NCBI RefSeq assembly: GCF_001194135.2
Contig: NC_068982.1
Span: 142,898,347-142,930,620 of the forward strand
DNA: 32,274 bases
Reading direction: 5' to 3'
DNA from: Octopus bimaculoides
Taxonomy: Eukaryota
Made by a program: the position numbers and the translations under genes. This document shows, piece after piece, positions 20,723-32,274 of this stretch. Below the pieces are notes generated by a model. The model saw nothing but the letters and a program-made list of their open reading frames with translations. It searched no databases and was not told the origin of the DNA. The first letter of the stretch is position 1. Every line of letters begins with the position of its first letter.

Positions 20723-21627
20723 GCAGAAGATGGAACATAACTGTTATTCTTCCCAGCAACCTTTTGTCTTGGACTTAATCTAACAATCTGTTATATTCAG
20801 TGAATCTGTCGAAAAATGTTCGCACATTTCAGTTTCATTTTCATTATATCTGTTTACCTTTTGCTTTCCAAATACAGAATATAGACTATTTTGCCGATAA
20901 AACTAGATATATATGGCGTCCAGAGGCTTCACCTTAAAATTACCTTACAGCATTGATGAAAAAATACACTGTGTAAATGTCTGCCACAATCAATGCCGCC
21001 AACCGCATGTAACATTTGGTCTGGTAGATAAGTTGATTCTGAACTTCTTGTCACAAATTAGGCACAAGATATTATTCACAGGAGAATAATTATAAAAACA
21101 AGACAGCCATTTTTCTTTATCTCGATATCCCCGTGCGTATCGTCATGTCACATTCTGTTATGTTTACTGACACACGTAATACTTCCCTTCAATAATTTTA
21201 AACAAGCATCACTTTCTTATAGACAGTCACCATTCTCTTCGTTTTATATGAAATATTATACTTGGCTAATTCAAAGATTAAAGTTCCCGTAGACAAGATT
21301 TTGCTTTGCGCAAACCTGGTGAATTTTGAAGAGTATTCTTATCTTTATGTACATTATTAGTCAGAGACGAGGGAAGGTTATGCCATAGGCATGACGTGAA
21401 TAACTGAATAAATATAGAAGACAATACTGACAAATTTCGTCTCGAGGAAACATCAGTGAAGTGAGAGAGCCGTTGCTAACTAGAATCACATTGAACAATT
21501 GCAGTTGGTACAAGCAATGAGTTGATTGGAAAATATAAAGGAGAAACATTTAAAGGATATTTCCGTTTTCAAATACCCGTCAAATACCAGAAAAGTTTCA
21601 CATATTTCGCACCTATACACGAAAATA

Positions 21628-21806
21628 CGGTCATGCTGGAGAACCGCTTTAAAGGGTGTTAGTCGAAGAAATGGACCGCAAGACTTATTCTTTGTAAGCC
21701 TAGTATTTAATCTATCGATTCATTTGCCGAATCGCTATGTTATGGGGTATATAAACACACCGGCATCGGTTATCAAGCGATGGCTGGAGGACAAACACAC
21801 ACACAT
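21628..21806 (-). mobile_element. SINE family A, 3' half
   Basis: CGGTCATGCTGGAGAACCGC...GACTTATTCTTTGTAAGCCTAGTA...TCAAGCGATGG, then CA/TA repeats. Confidence 0.85.
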
Positions 21807-21830
21807 ACACATCCGCACAAATGTATATAC

Positions 21831-21869
<39 letters not shown>

Positions 21870-21893
21870 CACACACACACACACACACACACG

Positions 21894-21925
<32 letters not shown>

Positions 21926-22105
21926 CACGCGCATATATATGTATAAATAATTAGAAAGTAGGTTTGGTATCAATAAGTGAATTGACCAATATCATTTGAT
22001 ATTTTTACGTNNNNNNNNNNNNNNNNNNNNNNNNNNNNNNNNNNNNNNNNNNNNNNNNNNNNNNNNNCAGAGATATCTATATATACGTATATAGATACAA
22101 ATATA

Positions 22106-22165
<60 letters not shown>

Positions 22166-22820
22166 ACACGCGCATATATATGTATAAATAATTAGAAAGT
22201 AGGTTTGGTATCAATAAGTGAATTGACCAATATCATTTGATATTTTTACGTAATACCTAATTCGAAATTGTTTGTAGATGTGATCAATTGAAAAAGTTCA
22301 ATACTGATCATTTGTACCTTACATCCTAGTTGTTCTTTCCTGTTGAGCGTGAACGACATTGTGGAAATACAAGTGCTGCTATAAATATTTACACAGTTCT
22401 TGTGAAAACAAGCAAATAGTTGTCCAGATCAAAATGACTGATGATATTGAAATCATTGTAAGAAATATTTCCTGTAAAAGGCAATGAATATATTCTTAAC
22501 TTTGTTATAAACACAAACATTGCCACGACTCATTTCTGCAAAAGAGATATTTTATCTTATTTTGCAGCCAGTACTTGGAAGTTTAATGACGATGTTCATC
22601 TAAATGTTATTTATGAGGTTCAGAGTAGACATTTATCTTCTTTAATATTGAAATCTGTGATCAACAATGTGCAGTAATATTTGTAATATTACTGCTACCA
22701 TTTATATTTAGCAACGTCGCACATAATAGCTATTGAAAAACCATTAATGCGTACCTTGAAATATTAAATCAAAATGATATTGACGCACTAAAGTAAGATA
22801 CTATTATACAATGTTCTTAA

Positions 22821-22960
22821 TTGGCAGAATCATTAGAGTTGAATAAAATACGAACCTGTAATTAGTTCCTGCTCTTTTCGACAGGAGTTCAAATCTCTCA
22901 AATTTCAACATTGTATTTCGTCCTTCTGTTGTCGACATGACCAAGTACAAACCAAATCCA
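22821..22960 (+). mobile_element. Degraded SINE family D
   Basis: TTGGCAGAATCATTAGAG head, GGAGTTCAAATC B-box and GTCGAC core. Confidence 0.5.
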
Positions 22961-23205
22961 GTACATTAGCAGATTCTTTAGAGCGATAAACAAAATACTT
23001 TTTGGTATTAGCCTCGGCTCTTTAATCTGTGTGTTGAAATCTCTCCAAACAAAACACTCCCGCCGCTCTTTCCAATTTCGATATCCTGAAATGATTTTAC
23101 ATCTACGACTTGTCCATCACTTCGACTCCCCAACACATCTAACACCACAATGCACGCATTTATCGATACACCCAAGACTGAGTTCATACACTGTGCTAGT
23201 TTAAT

Positions 23206-23573
23206 GTTGTTAGCACTCCGTCGGTTACGGCGACGAGGGTTCCAGTTGATCCAAACAACGGAACAGCCTGCTTGTGCAATTAACGTGCAAGTGGCTGAGC
23301 ACTCCACAGACACGTGTTCTCGGGGAGATTCAGTGTGACACAGAGTGTGACAACGCTGGCCCCTTTGAATTGCAGGCAGAACAGAAACAGGAAGAAAGAG
23401 TGAGAGAAAGGTGTGATGAAAGAGTACAGCAGGGTTCACCCCCCCCCCTGCTGGAGCCTCGTGGAACTTTACGTGCTTCCGCTCAATAAACACTCACAAC
23501 GCTCGATCTGGGAATCGAAACCGCAATCCTACGACCGCGAGTTCGCTGCCCTAACCACTGGGCCATTGCGCCT
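23206..23573 (-). mobile_element. SINE family B with internal deletions
   Basis: Reverse complement of 1243-1632. A box TGGCCCAGTGG and B box GTTTCGATTCC. Confidence 0.9.
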
Positions 23574-24059
23574 GCACGTTAGTTTAATACACTCACTAAG
23601 GATCGGGTTAATGACTTTCATCCCTTTCTCGACACATTATTTCATATTTGACGGATATTTATCAATCTTTGTTCTTATCAAATTTATTAAAATGGGTCAT
23701 TCCCGAGTGGCTTTACTTTGCAAATGCAGTCCCTTGATTCACTTTACCATCTCTTAGCCACAACCAGAAACTTACGCTTTCCAAAATGATGTGTTATATG
23801 AATTAGTCATTGAGTTATTTGTTTCCTGCAATTTGTGTTGTCGCTCATCATTTCGTACTTGAAATCTTTAACTTTTTCGGTGAATCTTTCGATATTTCAG
23901 GCTAAAACAACATTCTTCCTTTACTACGCAAAACATCGATTAGAATAAAACAATATCACAGCACTAGTAGAATTTTCTGCTTTTGTCAAACATTTATCAA
24001 CTTTCTTTCTTTGTAAACAGAGGTTCGCAATTTTATTTTAGAGTGGTAAACGTTTTGCA

Positions 24060-24285
24060 CTGTGACTAGTCCAGTTTTATCCAATTCCAGTAGTTTTGTT
24101 TTTGCCCATTCGAAGAAAAGAGAGCTGAAAATATAGGCAGAAAGCAAATATTCATTGTCTTGATAATATTACTTGTGGTTAGTTTTGTTTGTAGCAGCTT
24201 CCTAACCTTTCTCTTATGCTGTTTGGATAGTTTCTCATTTCTCATTATACTCCCAGATTTAATCTTTCGACCGCATTTCATAAAG
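24060..24285 (-). mobile_element. R4/Dong-clade RT C-terminal/thumb fragment
   Basis: KQHKRKVRKLLQTKLTTSNIIKTMNI...WIKLD resembles the KEY.RRVRK.L.T.L...N.IKAIN...LD motif of R4/Dong ORFs. Confidence 0.6.
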
Positions 24286-24295
24286 CTTTACTGCA

Positions 24296-24429
24296 ACTAC
24301 TACTACTACTACTACTAATACTACTACTAATACTACTACTAATACTACTACTACTACTACTAATACTACTACTACTACAACTACTACTACAACTACTACA
24401 ACAACTACTACTACTATCACTACCACCAT

Positions 24430-24464
<35 letters not shown>
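24296..24464. repeat. (CTA)n-based compound microsatellite
   Basis: CTA/CAA/CCA triplets. Source of the poly-Val and poly-Ser ORFs. Confidence 0.95.
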
Positions 24465-24466
<2 letters not shown>

Positions 24467-24690
24467 GGCAGAATCGTTAACATGTGGGGCAAAATGCTTA
24501 GCAGAATCTCGTTCATCTTTGTGTTCTGAGTTCAAATTACGCCGAGGTCGACTTTGCCTTTCATCCTTTTCTGGATCGATACTATAAGTACCAGCTGTAT
24601 ACTGGTGTCGATCTAATCGACTTGCTCCCTCCCACGAAATTTCTGGCCTTGTGCCAAAATTTGAAACCATTTTTTATTGCTATCATTATT
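24465..24690 (+). mobile_element. SINE family D, near full length
   Basis: CTGGCAGAATCGTTAAC...GAGTTCAAATTACGCCGAGGTCGACTTTGCCTTTCATCC...GGCCTTGTGCC, ending in an ATT-type tail. Confidence 0.9.
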
Positions 24691-24694
24691 TTAA

Positions 24695-24910
24695 GGCGGT
24701 GAGTAGGAAGAATCATGATCACGCCGGAAAAAATGTTTAGCATCATCTAGTCCGTCTTTACGTTCCGAGTACAATTTTCACTCTAGTCGACTTTGCTTTC
24801 ATTCTCTCGGAAGTCGATAAAATATGTACCAGTTGCGTACCACGGTTGTTAAAATTGATTAGTTCCTCCCATTAAAATTGTAGGCCTTTTGTCAAAATTT
24901 GAAGCAATTA
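24695..24910 (+). mobile_element. SINE family D, second tandem copy
   Basis: GGCGGTGAGTAGGAAGAATC...GTCGACTTTGCTTTCATTC...GTCGATAAAATATGTACCAG, then (TTG/CTG)n. Confidence 0.85.
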
Positions 24911-24964
24911 TTGTTGTTATTGCTATCGCTGCTGCTGCTGTTGTTGCTGTTGTTGTTGTTGTTG

Positions 24965-25240
24965 AGCTACTACTTATCAATTTAATTACCAGGAATATCA
25001 ACTTCAAGTTTGATGACATGTCTCTTCAAATCTTTCTTACGAAAATACAAAATTGCCGGCAGATAATATGATTCTCGGTAGCAATACCTTTCAGCCTCTT
25101 AGGTAGCATTTGGGTTTGGTGCCAATTTCCAACTTAGTCTATCACAATCACTTCAGTCTCTTTGGCTAATATTTCCCAATCTTCTAAATTTCTTTGGCAA
25201 CCATTCAGTTACCATTTTTGACCTTACACTGTTTTTTTTT
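24965..25240 (-). mobile_element. Decayed R4/Dong 3' end
   Basis: Minus strand ETEVIVI...LPKRLK followed by a GATTTGAAGAGAC..TGTCATCAAAC 3' UTR-like segment running into an (AAC)n tail. Confidence 0.4.
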
Positions 25241-25280
25241 TAAACCTCTTGAGTCATATCTGGTCTTCTTTATTCAGTAG

Positions 25281-25380
25281 TATTTTTATATTTTACTTAT
25301 TTCAGATATAAGACTGCGGCTATACTGGGGCACCGCCATGAAGAATTTTGTCGAACGAATCGGCCCCAATACTTTAAGCA
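25281..25380 (-). mobile_element. 3' tail of older family A SINE, displaced by a nested insertion
   Basis: Reverse complement reads TGCTTAAAGTATTGGGGCCGATTCGTTCGACAAAATTCTTCATGGCGGTGCCCCAG...CTGAAATAAGTAAAA. Confidence 0.7.
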
Positions 25381-25381
25381 T

Positions 25382-25628
25382 TCTCTTTTACTTGTTTCAG
25401 TCATTTGACTTCGGCCATAGTGGAGCACCGCCTTTAGTGGAGCAAGTTGACGCCAGGACTTATTCTTTGTAAGCCTAGTACTTATTCTATCGGTCTCTCT
25501 TGCCGAACCGCTAAGTTACAGGGACGTAATCACACCAGCATCGGTTGTCAAGCGATGTTAGGGAGACAAACACAGGCACACAAAGAAATACACACACATA
25601 CATATATATATATGTGTGTGTGTATGTG

Positions 25629-25701
<73 letters not shown>

Positions 25702-25868
25702 ATAGATACGACGGGTTTCTTTCAGTTTCCGTCTACCAAATCCACTCACAAGGTTTTGGTCGGCCCGAGGTCATAGAAGAAGTCACTTGCCCAAGGTGCC
25801 ACGCAGTGGGACTGAACGCAGAACCATGTGGTTCGTAAGCAAGCTACTTACCACACAGCCACTCCCGC
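25382..25868 (-). mobile_element. Full-length, relatively young SINE family A
   Basis: Complete head (TGGCTGTGTGG; GCGTTCAGTCCC), internal (TG)n tract and tail GGCGGTGCTCC...GACTGAAACAAGTAAAAGAG. Confidence 0.92.
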
Positions 25869-25886
25869 GAGCTGGGTGAGTGCCAT

Positions 25887-26132
25887 CATGGTAATTGTTC
25901 TATCACCGCTAAGATACACAAACATCACTTGTCAAGCGATATTTGGGACAAACACAAAGCACAAAGTCACACATATGCATACACACACATATATATATAA
26001 TATAATGTATAGATAATATATATGTATATATGTAGGTAAGTATGTATGTATATATGCATATGTATATATATTGTTTGTTTGCATATATATATATAGAGAG
26101 AGAGAGAGAGACAGACAGACGGAGATAGACAG

Positions 26133-26193
<61 letters not shown>

Positions 26194-26354
26194 TGTATGT
26201 GCACATGGCGGATTTCTAAGTTTCTGTCTATCAAATCCACTCACAAGACTTTGGTCGGCTGGAAGATATAGCAGAAGACACTTACTCAAAATGTCACGCA
26301 GTGAACTGAATCAGGAATCACGTGGTTGGAAGCAAACTTCTTACCACACAGCTA
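25887..26354 (-). mobile_element. Older family A SINE (head and body) with expanded internal AGAT/AG/TA microsatellites
   Basis: Head at 26354 (TAGCTGTGTGGTAAGAAG...), body down to GATAGAACAATTACCATG. The tail continues at 25380. Confidence 0.8.
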
Positions 26355-26369
26355 GAGTAGGGTCGTTCT

Positions 26370-26825
26370 CTATAGAGAAATACAATAAAATCCAGTAATG
26401 CTTATTCTCCACCAAAGCTTCTGGCTCGTGTCCAGACTACTGTTCTCTTACTATGAATCCATACATTCGGCAAACATTCCAATGCATTCTTTTATCAACA
26501 CAATGATGACTGCATTTATACTCTTTTTGTGAAAGCTTACTGCATCTACTTAAGATATATCTAATACGTCTTCTGTCCCAGATTCTGTGTTCACTGCCTG
26601 ACTCTCTTTTATCAATCTTTGTGGTTATCAAATTCGTTGACCCTAGCAGTTGGAGTCAATGTTTCAGTTTCTCATATCAAACTTCCATGTGTCAGCCACA
26701 ACTGATTTTTTTGTTTACTTTCAACATCCTTCTTTTGCTGCATGATTTGGCCCATTGTAAATTGCAGCTATTTTCAGGTTGATCTTTTGCTGTTCTTGAA
26801 ATCTTCTACGATTTCAATAATTCCA
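26370..26825 (-). mobile_element. R4/Dong-clade fragment (CCHC region)
   Basis: QLWLTHGSL..ETE, TKIDK, YILSRCSKLSQKEYK, MHWNVCRMYG, HEPEALVEN. Confidence 0.75.
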
Positions 26826-28382
26826 TTATTGTTATTGTTATTTTTAGTATACTATTTTGGTTCACTCCTTTATGAAATAGTATTCTATAACACTTATTTT
26901 TCGGTTTCGAGAAGATCTATAGGAATGACCTTTGCAAGTCCTTTACTATATTTGATATTTAGCTGGAAATTCCGTTGAGATTTGGTATGAAATCGGAGAG
27001 GTTAGGCAGATCCAAGGGAGGGGAATCTACATTGTGTTTATTAGAGCCCAGGCATTATAAACACAAAGCGAAATTGACTGTGACAGTGTTTAATGGATGC
27101 AGGGAGATGGATACACATATTATGCCAATTTCTTCACTTATGCTTAAAGAAAATTCAGTAAACCCGTCATTTGGCATACCATTATCGTAAAGCTTTATTC
27201 CTAGTAATGTTTTAAAATATGTTCATGCCTGTATCTTAAAGTGAAAATATGTTTGTATATTTCTAAACATACATTCATACATTTACGCTTTAATATGCAA
27301 ATATGTGATAGTTACTGAAACACATTCAACAGAGTTTACATACTGATTCATTACAGACCATCACATAGTAATTCCGATTATATTTGTTCTCGGTAATTTC
27401 TAGCACCACAGGCAGGAGATGCTCCGGGGTTCCAGTAATTCCTTCGTTTGTTCGTTCGTTCGACTAATCCAATTAGCCATTCGTATTTCTCTTATCAAAC
27501 ACCTTCTTAAGGATCAACATGTCTTCTGTCGCAATCCCAATACACCATGCAGTAGTATCAGTATCAAGGTGGTTTGATTGCAAATATGAATACTAATGGA
27601 ACAATGCTTCATTTAGCTACTTCGCAGCCGTAGTTCTTCATGAACAAAGACGACCGTAGGCTTTCAGTAACAACAGACCACATAGTTTTGAATATAAATT
27701 GCGGCAATCCATAGTAAAAAGAAAAATCGATCAGTTGATCAAGTAAACAAATTAAGTAAGTTCTCAACCAATTAAGACTCGTAATCCACACTTTACGTGT
27801 GTACTATCGGCCAACACCAAGATTGGTCGGAAAGATGTGGAAGGCATAGCAATTTGCAGCGATCATTGATCGACAAAACTACAGTTAACTACTATATCTT
27901 GCCAACATAAACATTCTTTTCTATGCCTAATATTTGTTTTCTAGTGAATAGAAAAATCTTAATAATTACATTTACATACACACTATGCACAATAATGAAT
28001 TGAATTCAATAAAAAAGAAATAAAATGAACACATGTGCTTGCTTACATATATTTGTATATGGACTTGTGTATATATGCTGTACGGAAATGTGTGTATGCG
28101 ATAGAAAAGTCGTAACTTTTGAGTAAAATTAGTTCACGTCAGTATTTCGATTTCCTGTTGAAATTGTTTCACTTTGATTCTCAAAAACTAGTAAAAGCAA
28201 GAATACCGCCACAAAATTCTCAATGCTCTAGTAATTTTATTCTCCATATATATGCACGCGCGTATGTGTGTGGGTGTGTGTACAAATGCAGCATAGAGTG
28301 AGTGCAAGAGAGAATGAGAGGCACAGGCAGACGGAGGAAACCAAATAGATATGGAAACATACAGACATAAATACATATATAT

Positions 28383-28470
28383 GCGTGGCCTAGCGGTTAT
28401 GCAATTCGATTAATAAATGTGAGATCGTGGGATCAACATCTGGACCAAGCAGTGCGTCGTGCCCTGTGGA
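28383..28470 (+). mobile_element. Degraded tRNA-like SINE head
   Basis: GCGTGGCCTAGCGGTTA A box and GAGATCGTGGGATCAACATC B-box-like segment. Confidence 0.5.
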
Positions 28471-29074
28471 ATAAATTTTAAGTTTATCCACACAATATAG
28501 CTTAAAAGAAGTAACAATTCAGGGGTTCGATCGCTTCTTTATCCGCGATATTCTGCTCGGTCAAAGACATTGTCTGCACGCATCTACATATGTAAGAATA
28601 GCATAGTACACACGAAAGACCATACAACCCTGCGACTGACGACTACACGCTTGTGTATGTATGTGTGTGTGTGTGTCTATGTCTATGTGAATGTGCATGT
28701 ATGTATGTATGTATGTATGTATGTTTGTGTATATCTATGTTCACGCAGACAGCTACACCGGCAATCTGAATAGACGTCGTAAATATTTTATCGTTCTTTT
28801 TTTCTCTGTCTCTAGCATCTTTTATACTTATTCTTCTCTTTGATGAATGAAACAATCTACACTTTGGATATTCTTTTGTTTCATTCTTTATAATATTTAT
28901 CTTTGTAGTCTACTTCTTTGATTCTCGTATTTTTTAATTGACATTTCTACTCCTTTTCGTTCACGTACTTCCGCTTATCTGACTCTGCGTCTTTTCATTG
29001 ATTATATATTTTTCTTCGTGATCTCACTCGTTTTACTCTTTCCACACACACAGACACACACACATGACATATCT

Positions 29075-29105
<31 letters not shown>

Positions 29106-30699
29106 NNNNNNNNNNNNNNNNNNNNNNNNNNNNNNNNNNNNNNNNNNNNNNNNNNNNNNNNNNNNNNNNNNNNNNNNNNNNNNNNNNNNNNNNNNNNNNN
29201 NNNNNNNNNNNNNNNNNNNNNNNNNNNNNNNNNNNNNNNNNNNNNNNNNNNNNNNNNNNNNNNNNNNNNNNNNNNNNNNNNNNNNNNNNNNNNNNNNNNN
29301 NNNNNNNNNNNNNNNNNNNNNNNNNNNNNNNNNNNNNNNNNNNNNNNNNNNNNNNNNNNNNNNNNNNNNNNNNNNNNNNNNNNNNNNNNNNNNNNNNNNN
29401 NNNNNNNNNNNNNNNNNNNNNNNNNNNNNNNNNNNNNNNNNNNNNNNNNNNNNNNNNNNNNNNNNNNNNNNNNNNNNNNNNNNNNNNNNNNNNNNNNNNN
29501 NNNNNNNNNNNNNNNNNNNNNNNNNNNNNNNNNNNNNNNNNNNNNNNNNNNNNNNNNNNTATAAACACACACATTCATATTTCACTTAGGCATAAGGAGA
29601 CTATTAACCCAATGTATATCACAATATACTTTCGGTCCAGAGCACAATACTGGATGAGTATAGATAGGTAATAGAAACTAAATGATGACAACTGAAAAAC
29701 AAATGTCACTTATTCAACTCAATTAGCTTACATCTCTTTTAGATGTGGTGGACTCTTTGTTGAGTACAAAGATAACATCCAATAGCTTCGTGGGAGCCTT
29801 GAATATGAAGAGCAATTTATTTGGGCAAGTTACATTTGCAGAAGGCATAGGCGTTATGAGTGTGAAACTTTATGTTTATGGTTAGGCAAGGAATCGATGC
29901 AAATGTGTCGAAACGATCGTTGTGATTAATAAAGTATCTGGTGAATTCCATTTTCTGTTTCCTTCCTTTATATGTATATATATACATAAATATATGGAAA
30001 GCAGTATACATGCAGGCTAACATATATAGATTCACATTTTCGTTTATATATAGGTGCGTAATACTCAATTACATACATAAATATATTTCTATTTTTTGCT
30101 GTTTTTTTTTACAAAATTAAACGAAATCATGGTTGTATTAAGATTTATATTGATATTGGCAGAGAGAATAGAGAAAGAAAACAGTGATCGAACGTGTGTA
30201 ATATAGTTGCATATANNNNNNNNNNNNNNNNNNNNNNNNNNNNNNNNNNNNNNNNNNNNNNNNNNNNNNNNNNNNNNNNNNNNNNNNNNNNNNNNNNTAT
30301 ATATATATATATATATATACATATGTATAGATATACATATATATGTGTATATATACACACATATATATACATTTATAGATATGTATATATAAAAGCTTAA
30401 ATGTGTATGTATATATATATATATATATGCGTATGTATGTGAATATGCATACACACATATACACACACACACACACCTGTGTATACAATACTGACAGACG
30501 CATATTCTTGTGAATATAGCAATCGAATAATGAGACGTAGAATGGGAAAAATGGGAGAGGGAGAAGAACTGACAGACGTACAGAAAGCATGGTATTTGCT
30601 AATATGTTAATATTAGATAGTCCGTCTTTATTCATAATCTAAGCCATTGTGTCTTGACATCAGATTGCCACAAACTCGGAGATCAAACGATTGTTGTGA

Positions 30700-30721
30700 T
30701 GACGTCAAAAGTCAAAAGTCA
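30700..30721. promoter_or_regulatory. CRE palindrome fused to a DR1-like nuclear-receptor repeat
   Basis: TGACGTCA-AAAGTCA-AAAGTCA. Motif match only. Confidence 0.2.
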
Positions 30722-30800
30722 TTCTTATAAAAGTAACCAATAAAAAAAAAATTAATGATTTCTTACTTAAACAGAAGTATGGTAATAAGACCGTGCAACC

Positions 30801-30860
30801 TTCGTGCTCTTTTGAATGGTTTTGTGGTCATACGTGCTCTTTTCAATGGCTTTGTAAGTG
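30801..30860. repeat. 30-bp imperfect tandem duplication
   Basis: TTCGTGCTCTTTTGAATGGTTTTGTGGTCA / TACGTGCTCTTTTCAATGGCTTTGTAAGTG. Confidence 0.8.
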
Positions 30861-32274
30861 GACGTCAAAGAAACCATAAATTGCAAGCTAAACAAAAGGG
30901 GCTCTTTTATTCAGATAACATTTATTTTATTGACACTGTTTTTCACGGTGTACTTTAACTAGGAGGGGATAAGTAGCGTCCAGGGATCAATAGCGAAACC
31001 CCAGAGATTGCTGGGAGAAAAAGTAGAAAGACCATCGTATTTTTATATCAGAGACCTGATGACGGTACTTGTAGTAAATGCGCCAAAAGAGCGGATAGAC
31101 GACGTAGTAATATAGCGTGCGGTGGGTGAAATATTCCACTCACGAATCGATACAGTCCTTTTATATACTACCCCTATAGTTTTACCACCCGATTTTCAGT
31201 CAGACTGTTTGAGCTGTCTTGCTACCTTCGCAGTAGACATATACCCGTCGGTATACGCATAAGAATATAGTTTGGAAACCTTTGATTTTGAAGGAATCTC
31301 GTACGGAAAGAAATACACGTCCATATCTGCTGGCTTCCGATTCTCGCCAAAATGTTTAACAAAGAGTGTAATTTGCTGAGGCGAGCTGTGGATCAAATAA
31401 ATCTATTGCTCGACCTCAAAATTTCAGACTTGCCTCACCTCATCGCCGATTCGCATGGCTGAGCCCTATATGTATATTCAATATAATCATAGTATAAATT
31501 ATATTTACATAGTACAATAAGCAAATTATACTAATAACACACTCATAATTTTAGTGTGCTACCAAAATATTAACAGTACAAATAATGTTATTTTATCGTG
31601 GCCTTTTTTAGTTTAAAATGCAGTAGTTAGAGGCAGCAGAACAATCTCTATTGCCGTCTTCAGGATCACCAGAAGTAGTGAGAGAGTGGGAGGTATTTAC
31701 CTTCAGACTGCATACCTGAATCTGTGCTAGAAATACGGGCTATCAACGTTAAATACAATCAGTAATAAAATTCTGATTTTATATTTGACATCAGAATATA
31801 TTTGCTTCGCGAGAATTAGGAGTGTCTCTTCAACGTCATCCCTCACATTCATCGCCTACTAAATTTCATTTGCAAACCTCTGGTCTGATTCGTGCCTATG
31901 GTGCCGGACAGTTGGATTCAACTTCAAATCATATGGCACGTAGGCGAAAGGAAATTCTGAACCATACAGCTACCTAATCTCATATCAACCACTAGTCAGA
32001 CATTTTCTCAAGTTAGCGAGAAGTTCATGCCTGCAGCAGGCGATTGAGGTACATAGTTACTTAACTTCAATTCCATTCCCAGAATATGGAACACTGAATC
32101 TTGTTCCAGAATTTCCATAACCAACAAACTTGTCTAAGTTTACTGATAATTGTAATGTATAATTTCTCTAGAATGGAATCTGGTAGATTTGAGTTAATGT
32201 GTATATATTAACGTGAAGCACAAATTATGAGTTAATGTGTTTCAGGCGCATATATATATATATATATATATATA

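Noticed and set aside
21915-22251. Identical ~95-bp sequence on both sides of the 22011-22067 gap
   Set aside because: An exact duplicate flanking a gap is the typical signature of unmerged overlapping contig ends or haplotypes, not a biological repeat.
29890-29935. GTGTC-GAAAC-GATC-GTT palindromic helix III-like motif, echoed at about 30685
   Set aside because: The CUGANGA half is absent. At most a very old PLE terminus relic.
31056-31090. CTGATGA-C-GGTAC(TTGTA)GTA..AAATG as a hammerhead
   Set aside because: It would need a 3-nt insertion to restore helix II and GAAA, and there is no helix I partner.
30960-31470. Possible Tc1-like MITE ending GAGCCCTA|TA
   Set aside because: No matching inverted terminus or transposase motif found in the window.
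31640-31663. Minus-strand CTGAAGA-C-GGCAAT(AGAG)ATTGTT half-hammerhead
   Set aside because: No GAAA or helix I downstream, and no GIY-YIG ORF was recognisable upstream.
1-32274. CRISPR arrays, rRNA genes, prokaryotic operons
   Set aside because: No repeat-spacer arrays or rRNA-like sequence. The DNA is eukaryotic and repeat-rich.

Overview
AT-rich, gap-containing animal genomic DNA. The repeat families resemble, from memory, those of Octopus; this is not database-verified. No protein-coding host gene can be confidently called, and nearly all listed ORFs come from microsatellites, N gaps or decayed transposons. The window holds tRNA-derived SINEs of at least three families (called A, B and D here as working labels), about seven decayed R4/Dong-clade non-LTR fragments, a CR1/L2-group LINE 3' fragment, a mariner 3' end and many microsatellites. 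The most notable feature is a young 433-bp insertion (6139-6571) flanked by a 13-bp direct repeat. It joins a tRNA-like Pol III head to two inverted Penelope-type termini, each carrying a minimal type I hammerhead ribozyme motif. A second, unrelated and decayed hammerhead lies at 19626-19665. Also notable are a LINE whose 3' tail matches the family A SINE tail, a (TAA)n-associated retroelement pile-up, nested insertions, and weak splice-signal evidence for the 5' end of a + strand gene (14.5-18.1 kb). N gaps: 2277-2553, 6806-7011, 9050-9132, 12627-12800, 18262-18992, 22011-22067, 29106-29559, 30216-30297.
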